Shown here one piece after another: positions 36,714 to 47,164 of a DNA stretch of 64,000 bases (the stretch's first letter is position 1; each line of letters begins with the position of its first letter). The notes beneath the pieces are model-generated. The model searched no databases. It saw nothing but the letters and a program-made list of their open reading frames with translations, and had not been told where the DNA came from. The stretch lies in assembly GCA_965223795.1 (NCBI GenBank), contig CBDCXL010000002.1:1920001-1984000 (forward strand), read 5' to 3'. The position numbers and the translations under genes are program-made. This stretch comes from Nitrospinales bacterium. Lineage in GTDB: Bacteria > Nitrospinota > Nitrospinia > Nitrospinales > VA-1.

Positions 36714-37178
36714 ATGCATCGCAAGATCACAGGTTTTCATCAGGATGAACAAGGGGACTGGGTCGCGGAACTGAACTGCGGGCATGGCCAACACACGCGG
36801 CATCGGCCGCCGTTCCAGGTGCGCCCCTGGGTGCAGTCCGAACAGGGAAGGGCTTCAAAAATCGGAGAAGTTCTTAATTGCGTGCGCTGCGACCGTATGG
36901 AATTTCCGGACGGATTCTTGTCTTTTAAAAGGACACCTGAATTCAATGAAAACACTCTTCCCGAAGGGTTGAAAGCCAATCACAAGACCGCCGCTGGTAT
37001 CTGGGCGTTGATTCACGTGCTTGATGGGCGACTCGACTATTTCATTGCCGAGCCCATCAATAAAACGTTGCATTTGGATCCCAAACGATCCGGAACGGTC
37101 CTTCCAGAGGTCCTGCATCATGTCGAACCCCAGGGAGGCGTCCGTTTTTATGTGGAGTTTTTCGAGAAGAGGGGCTGA
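36714..37178 (+). CDS. DUF3565 + DUF1971 (TehB N-terminal cupin-like) fusion protein
   Basis: ITGFHQDEQGDWVAELNCGHGQHTRHRPP (DUF3565), then TPEF...HKTAAGIW...HHVEP...FYVEF (DUF1971). Confidence 0.78.
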   Translation: MHRKITGFHQDEQGDWVAELNCGHGQHTRHRPPFQVRPWVQSEQGRASKIGEVLNCVRCDRMEFPDGFLSFKRTPEFNENTLPEGLKANHKTAAGIWALIHVLDGRLDYFIAEPINKTLHLDPKRSGTVLPEVLHHVEPQGGVRFYVEFFEKRG

Positions 37179-37462
37179 CTCTTGAAGTGGGCCAGGAGGA
37201 TTTACAGGTGTGTAAGCAGGATTTTAACCAATAATTTAGGATGAATGAAGACGAGCGTGAAGCCCACGCAGGTTGGTGATAGAATTGCTCAAATCCTTTA
37301 GAAGATTTGGTTTATTTCTGGCAACGGCACAGATCCGGATGCGGTTATTCTGAGTGAGTTGGAATGTTAAGCAGGCTGGTATCTGGATTGAAATTGAATA
37401 TCGGAATAGAGCAGTAAAGATTCAAAGTTAAGAGATTTCAAAAAAAATAAAATTGCAATTCA

Positions 37463-38413
37463 ATGGATAAAATCAACGTCGGTATAAGCAGCTGCTTGTT
37501 AGGGGAAAAGGTGCGCTGGAACGGGGATCACAAACAGAACTGGTACGCTAAAGAAATATTGGGAAACTATTTTGAATATTTTCCGGTTTGTCCGGAAGTG
37601 GAAGTGGGCATGGGTGTTCCGAGAGAGACCGTGCATTTGAAAGGGGATAAGAATTCTCAAACTATGGTGGGAACGAAAACCGGGAAAGACTGGACCCGCC
37701 AAATGACAAGTTTCAGCGCTGATAAAGTCGAAGAATTGGCCAGGCTGAAACTTTGCGGCTTTATATTTCAGAAAAAATCCCCTTCCTGTGGGTTGTTTCG
37801 AGTTCCTCTGTATCCTGCATCGGGAAAACAAGCGATCTCCCAAGGCCGGGGAATGTTTGCGCAAGCGTTCACCGATCGATTTCCGCTGATACCTGTGGAA
37901 GAAGAGGGGCGCCTGAACGACCCCAAGATCCGCGAGAATTTCATCATCCGAGTCTTCAGCTATTTTCGTTTGCGGAAAGTATTCGATGGGAGATTTTCAC
38001 GCGGAACTCTGGTGCGGTTTCATACCGCCCAGAAGTTTTTGCTGCTGGCACACAGCAGAAAATACTACGATGCCCTGGGAAGACTGGTGGCGCAGTCCAA
38101 ACAGCTTTCACCGGCTGAATTGAAGGATCAGTATGCGAGTTTGTTCATGCAGGCGCTCAGCTTTAAATCCACCGCCAAGAAAAACACAGATGTATTGATG
38201 CACATGATGGGTTTTTTAAAAAAGAATCTTTCCGCCACCGAAAAAAAAGATATTTTGTCCACTGTGGAAGACTACCGAAACGAACTGGTTCCCTTGATCG
38301 TTCCCCTTACCTTGATCCGTCACCATGTGAATACCCACAATATCGAATACCTTTCCGACCAGGTCTACCTGAACCCGCATCCAAAGGAACTGATGCTCAG
38401 AAACCACGTTTAA
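37463..38413 (+). CDS. YbgA-family protein (DUF523 2-thiouracil desulfidase-like + DUF1722)
   Basis: ISSCLLGEKVRWNG, VCPEVEVGMGVPRE, KSPSCG, EEEGRLND...RENF, YLNPHPKELMLRNHV. Confidence 0.88.
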   Translation: MDKINVGISSCLLGEKVRWNGDHKQNWYAKEILGNYFEYFPVCPEVEVGMGVPRETVHLKGDKNSQTMVGTKTGKDWTRQMTSFSADKVEELARLKLCGFIFQKKSPSCGLFRVPLYPASGKQAISQGRGMFAQAFTDRFPLIPVEEEGRLNDPKIRENFIIRVFSYFRLRKVFDGRFSRGTLVRFHTAQKFLLLAHSRKYYDALGRLVAQSKQLSPAELKDQYASLFMQALSFKSTAKKNTDVLMHMMGFLKKNLSATEKKDILSTVEDYRNELVPLIVPLTLIRHHVNTHNIEYLSDQVYLNPHPKELMLRNHV

Positions 38414-38930
38414 TTCCTCTGACTTTGCAGTTCGAAGACATAGAGATATGTTCGGCGATGATTGGGTGCCCTGCGATATCAGGCGAACCATTGCGGGTAG
38501 GATTGCTCAACCTGGAATAGATCCAACGTCAATATCAAAATAAATCATGTAAATCGTTTCACTGTCGAACGTCAACACAACCTCTATATATAGGATAAAG
38601 AGAAAAGGGGAAGCCAATGCAGCGTGGGGAAAAAGGCTTGCGGAAATAATTGCGGCGGGTCTATGAAACAAACGTAAGGTAGTAGGACAGAAAAAGAGGT
38701 TGAAGAATTCGATTTTAAAATGTGCGGCGTTCCATTATTTAAATGGATCGATAAAGTAGAAAACTATTTTAAGGAAGGTCAGGATGCATGGATCCCTTAT
38801 CAACAAGAGTGTGCAAAAAGATTTTAAAGCAAGTCAGTTCGTTAAGAATAAATCTAAATAGCGCAGCACTGGACACAAGGTATGGTGTTGGATATAAAGC
38901 AGGGATTGCTCATGAGTGGATGCACTCTTC

Positions 38931-39257
38931 TTAAGAATCATATTGATCTGGTCGAAGCACGCTTGCATCCAATACAAAAAGACTGCCGGTGTGGCGTTCC
39001 AAAAATGGTTTGAGACCGGATAAAATCGGTTCAAGCTTGTCTTCGGGAACAACGGTCAACACCATTTGCAGGCTGCTCGTGTCGTTGAACATCAAATGCC
39101 CTTCGTGGAATCCGCTGTGCCCTTTTCCAGATATATTGTTGAAAATCGTATAACCGCTTGCTTTAATCCGGTCAAGAACGTCCGTCACGAAAGGAAGATG
39201 CTCTCCTTCAATGATGATCTTGATTTCTTTCATTGGATGAAGTTTTAAGCCGTTCAT
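38931..39257 (-). CDS. PII-like signal transduction protein (SbtB/DUF190-like) of the DAB operon
   Basis: KEIKIII, SGYTIFNNISGKGHSG, VLTVVPE. GAGGAG RBS. Last gene of the dab operon. Confidence 0.78.
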   Translation of the reverse strand: MNGLKLHPMKEIKIIIEGEHLPFVTDVLDRIKASGYTIFNNISGKGHSGFHEGHLMFNDTSSLQMVLTVVPEDKLEPILSGLKPFLERHTGSLFVLDASVLRPDQYDS

Positions 39258-39287
39258 GATATTTCAATTCTCCTCAACTAAATTATT

Positions 39288-42200
39288 TTATTGAATAGAT
39301 TGCCAATCGTTGGGCGATCGATAGAGGAAAAATTCCATGATTTCGGGATCTAGGGCGACAATATGGAGCCATTGATTTTTCGTCAATTGTTGCAATATCG
39401 TATGCCGGGAAATGGTGGCGGAGATCATTTTTAATGGAGCTTCTATTATAACAAATAATCGCATTGGCTCGTGGTAAGGTTTCTCGCCATCGAAAACCGT
39501 TTGGATAGGAAGCCCGACACAAAGATCGCTTTGGGTGCCGAACATGACGCCTACCCGACCAACCACATTGTGATACGCTTTGCTTCCCGCTCCATAAACA
39601 TTAATGTCTACGGTAGAAAAATAATGCTCCATGTTAATCCATTGTGCTACGACCATAGGAGCGGTCATGATGATTTCCAAATATTTTCCCTTCGGATCCA
39701 TTGAATAATCATAGGAATGCAAAAAAGTCCGGCTTTCTAAATTTATTCCCTGAGTCAACAACCGGCGCCCCGCGATAAAAGCGGTATGTCGAGAAAGTCC
39801 CCATTCCGGTCGAACCTGCGACCAATCTATGCTGCGTGTCTTTGCCCGCTTTAAAGCACTGGAAACTCCGTTTATGTCAGACTCATCGGGCATGCGGCCT
39901 AACCGTTCCCGGCTATTTTTTTCGCCCGCTTCTTGTAGATCGCGCTGAAGCCTGAGCAAATCTTTTCGATGAGTGGCGGGGACGTCTTCCAAATCGAATA
40001 GCTCCACTTCGTCTGTTGTCGTGTCGTGTTGCCCGGGAAGAAAATGCGTGTCCGCAGGAATCGCCAGGCCTTTCACAGCCAGCATTTGCCGAACCTCGAG
40101 TTTGTTGGCCATGACGGCAAGGGCTCGCGCGTTGGAAATTCCATGATTGCCACCGCACGCTCCACAATCCAAGGCAGATTCATAGGGATTGTTATCTGAA
40201 GTGCTGCCATGAGCGCAAAGCAGGACAAGCCGGGAAAATGTTTTGAATCCTAAAACCCTTAAAGCCGTTTCCACATAATGAGCCTGTTCCGCGACGGTGA
40301 GTCCTGCCTGAGTTATCCGCTGCATTTGCCGATCCACGTCGCGCTCATTAACATTAAACTCACGTATGAGCACATTGATAAATTGTTCAAGATCGGATTG
40401 GGTCCACTGTAATAATTGATTCAACTCCTGATTTTCAAGGCTATCGGCCTGAATTTGATTCATCGCCATTTTCCGCAGACGTTCCACCTGTTCGTGAGAA
40501 ATCGTGGCGCCCAGCGAACCGTATTTCTCAATCAAAAGCCTGTAAATAGCCGCCCGGTGTTTAGAGGCAACCATTTCATGAGCCTCTTCCAGTTGAATTT
40601 TATCCACGGTCAGCGTTGTGCCTATGGGAATGGCAAAACGTTCTTTCAACCATGAGACGGCATTTTTGAAAAATTTCGGGCGCAACGTTTGCCCAAAAAG
40701 TCTGAACCCAAAAAACCAGCCAATGGCTTCCACCATGACATACGGGGTGATAACGTTTTCTTTTAAATCGTGCAACAACGTGTGGCTTGCTTTGGCGAGT
40801 TGTTGTCCCTCTAAAAATTCTTTCGCGGCCTTGGCTTGATAGGCGCGGGGAATTTCTTTCACCACGTGCTTGGGTTTTAGAAGGACCGGACATTGATCCG
40901 TCAGGTGCTCGCTGGAAAATCCCTGATAACATATGGGGACTCCAAAAAAACCGGCAAATCCGAATGTTTCATTGCCGCCGACCTCTTCAAGGTGTCTTCT
41001 AAATCCTTCCGACCTGACATCGATGCAAAATATGGATTGAGAAAGAGGGCGCGATTCTGACGGCTTATCCTCAGGAGCGTCGACCTTTCTCAGTTTTTCA
41101 ATATTTGGTGAAAATTCTTTCACAAAATCTTTAATGAAGCTGGATTCCAAAGCCTTGAGCCAGACGGGTCCATGCTTTGATTCGGGGAATTCCTCCACCC
41201 AATCGAGCAAAAGTTCTACTGGCTCGGGACCGCTCTTTAAAAGATCCTGTATGGTGATGTTCAACGATTTGGCTAGATGCAAAACCATCAAGACCTGAAC
41301 TTCAATGTTCTGATGTTTTCGAATTTGTTCCCATTTTGAAATCAAGCTGGAATCGCATTGATTGAGCTCGTTTATACGCAAAGGTTGCTTTATGAACATG
41401 GACATATCCATGCCATCTTCGATTTCCTCCGGCAAACTTCTGGTCTGGTGCTCTTTATAAAGGCCATATCCAACCGGGAATTTATTTAGATAATCCCGTA
41501 TCGAAGTATAGGTTCCGGGAATGTCTAATTTAGAGCGACAGGCCGAACCCACCAGCTCTCTTTCATAAAAGATCCGGACGGCCATGTACTTTACAAGGTC
41601 AATTGGATAGGCCTGTTGCCAAACGTAGTCCACTTGTTCCGAGCGCCATTTCATGAGTCCCGTCCATCCGGCTAATTGAGCAAGATGTAGAGTGAAATAG
41701 TCGATCCACAAATCTTTCGGAATGGATAACATGGACAGGCTTTCCAAAATCGCGTCTTCCGGCCGGTCGGGTAAATTTTTAATTTTGTTCTTCCAGTCGG
41801 GAATTCCCAGGAGGGAACCGAAAACATCGTCCTGGGCCAGTTCTTTCCAGCTGCCGTAAAAAGTATTTTCACGAAATGGCATTTCCCAGGGACTGTGTCC
41901 TTCATCGAGATACCCGCCAACCCATTTGATGACTTCACTATTGATTTGATGCTGTACATCAGTTCCAAGTGATTTGTCACACCATTCCCCAAGTGTATAA
42001 TATATTGCCAGCTCTTCCTGCTCGCGACTCGCATGGTCCTTAAGAGATATATTTTGCTCTTTGTTTTTCGGTAGTCCCTGAATTAGCTCAATCAATTCTT
42101 TTACTTCCGGTTGATTGTGCGACGATCGCAAAACCGCCGAAACCACGTCTGTTACGACTTTGCCAGTGCCATTCAACAAAATGGTTTTCAAGAATTCATG

Positions 42201-42536
42201 ATGAGATATTTTTTGATCATTGATTTCGATAGTGGCGTCTTTTGATACGTCCTTTAAGACTTCATTTAAAGCCTCTCCGGTTATTCGCCCTTCCTTAAAA
42301 TAATCTCTGTAGTATTCATTGGGCAAATAACCGCGCCCACCCAAAAACCGCTCGGCTTCGTCAATGGCTTTTTCGAAATGTAAATGTTCCAGGCCATGAA
42401 GCGGATTATGATGGATAAACGTTTTCATCGGCCAGTAATGTGAAATGGGTTCGCCTGCCAGATTCACGAACGAACGCAATTCTATCCGCTGGGTTTCAGT
42501 AGGTGTTTGGGTTGCTTTATCGTCCAGGGTGGGCAT
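39288..42536 (-). CDS. dabA: DAB inorganic carbon pump soluble subunit (DUF2309/UPF0753)
   Basis: YWPMKTFIHHNPLHGLE, Zn-ligand motifs FCIDVRSE, HGS and LDCGACGG, DWSQVRPEWGL, FLHSYD, HEPMRL. ATG 42536 chosen to avoid overlap with the upstream gene. Confidence 0.9.
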   Translation of the reverse strand: MPTLDDKATQTPTETQRIELRSFVNLAGEPISHYWPMKTFIHHNPLHGLEHLHFEKAIDEAERFLGGRGYLPNEYYRDYFKEGRITGEALNEVLKDVSKDATIEINDQKISHHEFLKTILLNGTGKVVTDVVSAVLRSSHNQPEVKELIELIQGLPKNKEQNISLKDHASREQEELAIYYTLGEWCDKSLGTDVQHQINSEVIKWVGGYLDEGHSPWEMPFRENTFYGSWKELAQDDVFGSLLGIPDWKNKIKNLPDRPEDAILESLSMLSIPKDLWIDYFTLHLAQLAGWTGLMKWRSEQVDYVWQQAYPIDLVKYMAVRIFYERELVGSACRSKLDIPGTYTSIRDYLNKFPVGYGLYKEHQTRSLPEEIEDGMDMSMFIKQPLRINELNQCDSSLISKWEQIRKHQNIEVQVLMVLHLAKSLNITIQDLLKSGPEPVELLLDWVEEFPESKHGPVWLKALESSFIKDFVKEFSPNIEKLRKVDAPEDKPSESRPLSQSIFCIDVRSEGFRRHLEEVGGNETFGFAGFFGVPICYQGFSSEHLTDQCPVLLKPKHVVKEIPRAYQAKAAKEFLEGQQLAKASHTLLHDLKENVITPYVMVEAIGWFFGFRLFGQTLRPKFFKNAVSWLKERFAIPIGTTLTVDKIQLEEAHEMVASKHRAAIYRLLIEKYGSLGATISHEQVERLRKMAMNQIQADSLENQELNQLLQWTQSDLEQFINVLIREFNVNERDVDRQMQRITQAGLTVAEQAHYVETALRVLGFKTFSRLVLLCAHGSTSDNNPYESALDCGACGGNHGISNARALAVMANKLEVRQMLAVKGLAIPADTHFLPGQHDTTTDEVELFDLEDVPATHRKDLLRLQRDLQEAGEKNSRERLGRMPDESDINGVSSALKRAKTRSIDWSQVRPEWGLSRHTAFIAGRRLLTQGINLESRTFLHSYDYSMDPKGKYLEIIMTAPMVVAQWINMEHYFSTVDINVYGAGSKAYHNVVGRVGVMFGTQSDLCVGLPIQTVFDGEKPYHEPMRLFVIIEAPLKMISATISRHTILQQLTKNQWLHIVALDPEIMEFFLYRSPNDWQSIQ

Positions 42537-42580
42537 GGCTTTGATCTGCTGACTTTGTAAATAGTTAAACAATAGGCGCG

Positions 42581-43813
42581 CTAGTAGAGCAGCCCGCAAT
42601 AACCAGCGCCTAATATTAAAATTGTTACCCCGACAATTTCGGTTGCCCGCAAGTCTATATATGGAACACCCGTGCGTGCCGATCCAAAAGCGGTTTGATG
42701 AAGCATTTGTATGAAATACCAGCCTCCTCCCAGCCAAACCACAAGAAATATTAAAAATAGATTGATGAATTTAACATCCAAAGAGGCGACCGTCGGCATA
42801 CCTGTCAAACCGGAAAACGTAGGGAACATTGGAAGAAACAGTGCGAAACTCACAAGAAGAACCATCATCGTTCCAAACCGGGGCATTGGAGATGCAAGCC
42901 CTGGGAGCTTCCCTATGGTTTGCCATCCATACCGCTGTTGCACAAAAGAAAACGTGAGGCAGATGCCGCCCAACACAAACGCTACGGCTATGCCATACGC
43001 AATTCCCCACCCGTGAAAATCCGGGAAAATATTGAGTAAGCCCCAGACAAGGGATACGTGAGCCACGGTAGCAGCTGCGACGAATGAACTGCTTTGCTTT
43101 TGTCCAAGAGCCGCTAATGAAGAATAAAACGCACTCACCAGGGACATCAAACTGATGACAAAGAGCGTTTCAGGCGAAAGCAAAGAGTGAATTTTGTTTA
43201 ATTCCGCAAGCCCAATGGCTAACCAAACGGCAATCCATAAACTGGATAGATTTCCTTTAGCGCCTTCAATCGTCTCCACAAATGGAAGGTGAAAAGGAAA
43301 CAGTGGCAGGAAAGTGATGGCGAGAAACAAACCGGAAATCATTGGCAAGGTGTCGCCATCCAAGGTGGAAATTAAAGAGAGAACGATAGCAATGATAATA
43401 TGTATAAGAATAAGGACTGTTCGAAATGAACGATTCTTCTCACGAGTGAGAGAAAATGCGACGTAACCTAGAAGACCACATAGAAAAAGCCTGCTTGTGA
43501 GTCCCTGCCCCAGCAACGCACCCAGGGCCAATCCTATAGTAATCAGACTTGAAGGGTAAAACTCCGAAGCCTGTCGCGATTCTTCCTGACAAAGCATGAC
43601 GCAAAAACCTGACAGAAGAACCGCTAAAGCTAAAATTTCAGTCGATGGATCTGTTTCAACAGAAAAAACCAGGAACATGCCTAAAGCAACAATCGTCGTC
43701 AAACCTATAGATTTAAGCCTGGAAAACGAGATTTTAGTGATCTTCCACACAATCCCCATAACAAGTGGCAAAAGAGCGAGAATTATTGGAAGCGAATGTT
43801 GATTATCCATCAT
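42581..43813 (-). CDS. Degenerate NuoM/MrpD-like antiporter-fold membrane protein
   Basis: About 13-14 TM segments, LPLFPFH, GLASPMP, LPMFPTFSG. Lies between dabB and dabA. Confidence 0.7.
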   Translation of the reverse strand: MMDNQHSLPIILALLPLVMGIVWKITKISFSRLKSIGLTTIVALGMFLVFSVETDPSTEILALAVLLSGFCVMLCQEESRQASEFYPSSLITIGLALGALLGQGLTSRLFLCGLLGYVAFSLTREKNRSFRTVLILIHIIIAIVLSLISTLDGDTLPMISGLFLAITFLPLFPFHLPFVETIEGAKGNLSSLWIAVWLAIGLAELNKIHSLLSPETLFVISLMSLVSAFYSSLAALGQKQSSSFVAAATVAHVSLVWGLLNIFPDFHGWGIAYGIAVAFVLGGICLTFSFVQQRYGWQTIGKLPGLASPMPRFGTMMVLLVSFALFLPMFPTFSGLTGMPTVASLDVKFINLFLIFLVVWLGGGWYFIQMLHQTAFGSARTGVPYIDLRATEIVGVTILILGAGYCGLLY

Positions 43814-43829
43814 TTATGCCAGTCACACT

Positions 43830-45530
43830 TTAAAAACGAAGAGCAACTTTTTGAGCCAGTCGCAATATGCCATTGCTGCATCGAACATAAACCTGGTCCA
43901 CATAAAGCCGATTGATGAGAAGAATGTACGCTATTTTTCGGAGCGAAATGATCCAATCCGAAATAAATAATTTTTTCCCTTTAGCGTTGGTATAGAGAAC
44001 AAACCAACCAAATAGAATGAGCGCAGTGGATAAAATTATGATCAAATCAAATATCCACGGATAAAACGCCGCAGCCACAAAGAAACTCTCCGCAACTCCT
44101 GGCTCAGGGTAAAGGAAATGCGTGAATTCCTCTCCGGCCCACAGATAAATGAATACGATGAAAAACAGAGCTCCGATCATCGTGCATGCCACTTTCCAGG
44201 AAGCCACAGCCTGAATACGATATAAACTAAACATGACCTGGGAAGCGGTCACCCAACTGAAAAAGAGAAAAATTACCGCACCGTGCGATTCTTGCAGGTG
44301 TATATCCAGCATGCCGTGGGCGACCATAAGAATAACAAGCGGCATCATCAACGTAATCACTAAACCCGTAATCCAGGTTAACTGGGAAGGTGATTTCTTC
44401 TCCGTAATTTCATATTTTGAAGAAAATGGGAGCTTTGGTTCTTCCCGCGATGCATGAATGCCTGTCCCCGCTCCCAAAAACAATGTCGCTTTAAAAAGGC
44501 CATGGGCGATTAAATGAAAGATGGCCAGTGCAAATGCTCCTAACCCACATTCCATAATCATGTACCCCATTTGCCCCATTGTGGAAAAACCGAGCGTTTT
44601 TTTAATATCGTTTTGAACCAGCATCATGGAGGCTCCAAGCAGCACCGTCACGACACCTATGAAAAATACAATATGAAGCGTCGTCGTCGAGAGAGCATAA
44701 AATGGAGCTAACCGATTTAGCAAAAACCCACCGGCATTGATAATTCCAGCGTGCATCAAAGCTGAAACGGGGGTGGGCGAATCCATGGTGTCTGGCAACC
44801 AGACATGCAAGGGGAATTGAGATGATTTGGCCATTGCGCCAACAAATATGAGAAGCCCAATCAGAGAAATGGCGCTGACTTCAAATGAGTTTCCCGGCAA
44901 TAAAGAAACCATGTGAGGGTATTCTGCCGCCGCTTTAAAGAGTTCGGTAAATTCCAAAGTTCCAAAAAAATTATAGGCAAGAAATATCCCGCAGAGAAAA
45001 CTCACGTCCCCCACACGATGGACAAAAAAAGTTTTGAACGCATTACGGCAAGAGTCGGGGTGGGAATAATTAAAATTAAGAATCAGGTAAAGCGCCAAAC
45101 TCAATAACTGCCAAAACAGAAACAACACAAACAAGTTTGGGCTGGAAACGAGCGAAAGGATGACAAAGGTGATGAAGCTCAAAAGCGCAAAAAAACGAGC
45201 GTAACCTGGATCGCCTTCTAAATACCGGACCGAATAGAAATGAATGACAACGCTGACACTCGTGATCAGCATCATCATCACGGCCGTGAGCCGATCGATT
45301 AACATGCCGATCTTTAATATGGGGGAGCCTTCGGAGTTTAAGGTCCAGAATACGAACTGGACCGTTCCTTCGTTGACAACATGATAGAGGGTCCAGGCGG
45401 AAAGAATGGAGGAAATCGAAGTTGCAATAACTCCCACCTTGGCCACATGAGCCAACATGCGGTTGCCAAAGACCCAAATAAAAATTGCAGCGAGAAGAGG
45501 GAAGAGAAGAATAAGAATAGGGATGGTCAT
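43830..45530 (-). CDS. dabB: DAB inorganic carbon pump membrane subunit (NuoL-like)
   Basis: YSVRYLEGDPGYARFF, HRVGD, GAMAKSSQFPLHVWLPDTMDSPTPVSALMHAG, STMGQMGYM, HLIAHGLFKATLFL. Co-oriented with the DUF2309 gene. Confidence 0.85.
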   Translation of the reverse strand: MTIPILILLFPLLAAIFIWVFGNRMLAHVAKVGVIATSISSILSAWTLYHVVNEGTVQFVFWTLNSEGSPILKIGMLIDRLTAVMMMLITSVSVVIHFYSVRYLEGDPGYARFFALLSFITFVILSLVSSPNLFVLFLFWQLLSLALYLILNFNYSHPDSCRNAFKTFFVHRVGDVSFLCGIFLAYNFFGTLEFTELFKAAAEYPHMVSLLPGNSFEVSAISLIGLLIFVGAMAKSSQFPLHVWLPDTMDSPTPVSALMHAGIINAGGFLLNRLAPFYALSTTTLHIVFFIGVVTVLLGASMMLVQNDIKKTLGFSTMGQMGYMIMECGLGAFALAIFHLIAHGLFKATLFLGAGTGIHASREEPKLPFSSKYEITEKKSPSQLTWITGLVITLMMPLVILMVAHGMLDIHLQESHGAVIFLFFSWVTASQVMFSLYRIQAVASWKVACTMIGALFFIVFIYLWAGEEFTHFLYPEPGVAESFFVAAAFYPWIFDLIIILSTALILFGWFVLYTNAKGKKLFISDWIISLRKIAYILLINRLYVDQVYVRCSNGILRLAQKVALRF

Positions 45531-46049
45531 GACCTATTTTTTGTCAATACCTGTTTTATAGTTCGATTTCTCCCAAAACCCTTTTAAGTTCAATTGCATC
45601 CTTTCAAAACTTAAAGCTTCATGTTTAGGTTTTTAAGGCATTCCATTACAAATTGAATTAATAAACCAGGCAAAAAATTTTTGCCCTAGTTATAGATGAT
45701 ACTTGGAAAATAACGATTTAAAAAATTTATGACTTTGAATCTAGGAATTAAAATACATGAAAATATGAAAATTCGACCCTGGTAGACCGTATTGGTCATT
45801 TGATACTTTTTATCCAGCGGGTTTGGAATGGGCAAAGCCAGGGGTGACATGGAAAAGAGTGTTAGGTTTCTGAATGATAGAAGGAGATTGAGAATAATCG
45901 AAAAGCCTGTCGGTATTTTGGAATTTCACATGCGGATTTCTATTGTTGACGAGATTTCTTTCAGGCGAAAATTACTCAATAGAACGGCAAAGTAGACCTT
46001 GTTTTATATAATGTATCTTGTGGGCAAATTTTACCCCTATCACCACCCC

Positions 46050-46086
46050 AAAAGAAAAAGGAGCTACCGGAAATCGGTAACTCCTT
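46050..46086 (-). terminator. Rho-independent terminator-like hairpin downstream of tRNA-Arg
   Basis: AAGGAGCTACCG-GAAAT-CGGTAACTCCTT followed by a U-rich tract on the minus strand. Confidence 0.6.
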
Positions 46087-46093
46087 GAATTAT

Positions 46094-46170
<77 letters not shown>

Positions 46171-46631
46171 TTGGGGAAGGATTGTCGTTTTTTTACTGAC
46201 GGAATGGACAGTGTGGCCCGGATCTCTGCGCGCATCCAGTTCGGGTTCCGTGTTCCGGATGGCGCGAATCCGGGTGGCCGTTCTCAGCAAACGATTATAT
46301 CACACAGGTTGTGAGGGGATTTTACGTGTCCTGGCTGCTTGTCTATTCTTTTGCCCACGATCCTGTATGAATCCTTCCTGCATTCGGATTTCGGGTTTCC
46401 CATTTTGTGGGTTTCGGTTCAGAATCCGAATTTCCTCTCGCTTCCGCAGCTCATGAAAACCTTTGAATTTAAATTGGTTATTTTGGGCCTCCTGTGCTTG
46501 ACAGGGGCTCGTTCCGATCTTATTTATTTTGTGAGAGAGGATGGAAGCGATTCCCGGGATCGGTTCGCCTTGTTGTCTGTCAAAGGTGGTTAAAAAAGCA
46601 TAATTCGCGTAAGCGCAAGGAGGAAGAAATC

Positions 46632-47123
46632 ATGAACATCAAAGATCTGATTCCCTGGGAAAGGGAGGACAAATTTTGGTCGGACAACCCGTTTTCCGTG
46701 ATGGAACGGGATATGAACCGGATGTTTCGCGATTTTTCGAAAAACTTCATGGACGCACCGGTCGGCACCGGTTGGAAGGGCGTCAACGGCATGACCCCCA
46801 AGTTGGATGTGACGGAAACGGACGAGGCCATCGAAGTGCATGCGGAACTTCCGGGAATGGAGGAAAAGGACATTGAGGTTTCACTGCTGGACAACGTCCT
46901 GACCCTCGAAGGTGAGAAAAAGCATGAGAAGGAAACGAAGGAGAAAAACTATCACCGTGTGGAACGGTCTTTCGGAAAATTCCAGCGGCGTGTGGCACTG
47001 CCGGCGGAAGTGCAGTCCGATAAGGTCGATGCCACGTTCAAGAAAGGGGTTTTGACCGTTCGTCTGCCGAAAACGGAAAAAGCCAAAAAAGACGTAAAAA
47101 AGATTTCCGTGAAAGCGGAATGA
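46632..47123 (+). CDS. Small heat-shock protein Hsp20/alpha-crystallin
   Basis: PKLDVTETD, AELPGM, ERSFGKFQR, ATFKKGVLTVRLPK. GGAGG RBS before ATG 46632. Confidence 0.92.
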   Translation: MNIKDLIPWEREDKFWSDNPFSVMERDMNRMFRDFSKNFMDAPVGTGWKGVNGMTPKLDVTETDEAIEVHAELPGMEEKDIEVSLLDNVLTLEGEKKHEKETKEKNYHRVERSFGKFQRRVALPAEVQSDKVDATFKKGVLTVRLPKTEKAKKDVKKISVKAE

Positions 47124-47164
47124 CGCCTCAGGCTCATTCCCCAGCAGAGCATGAGGCCCATGTG

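Noticed and set aside
37186..37204. GTGGGCCAGGAGGATTT as an att remnant marking the left end of the tRNA-Arg island
   Set aside because: It only vaguely resembles a reverse-complemented tRNA 3' end and does not match this tRNA-Arg, so it could be chance.
38660..38830. Possible decayed small gene (MCGVPLFKWIDKVENYFK...)
   Set aside because: Only 35 codons after an in-frame stop, with no recognisable family.
43830..45530. NuoL/NuoM of respiratory complex I or an Mrp antiporter
   Set aside because: No other nuo or mrp genes are present, and linkage to DUF2309 identifies a DAB system.
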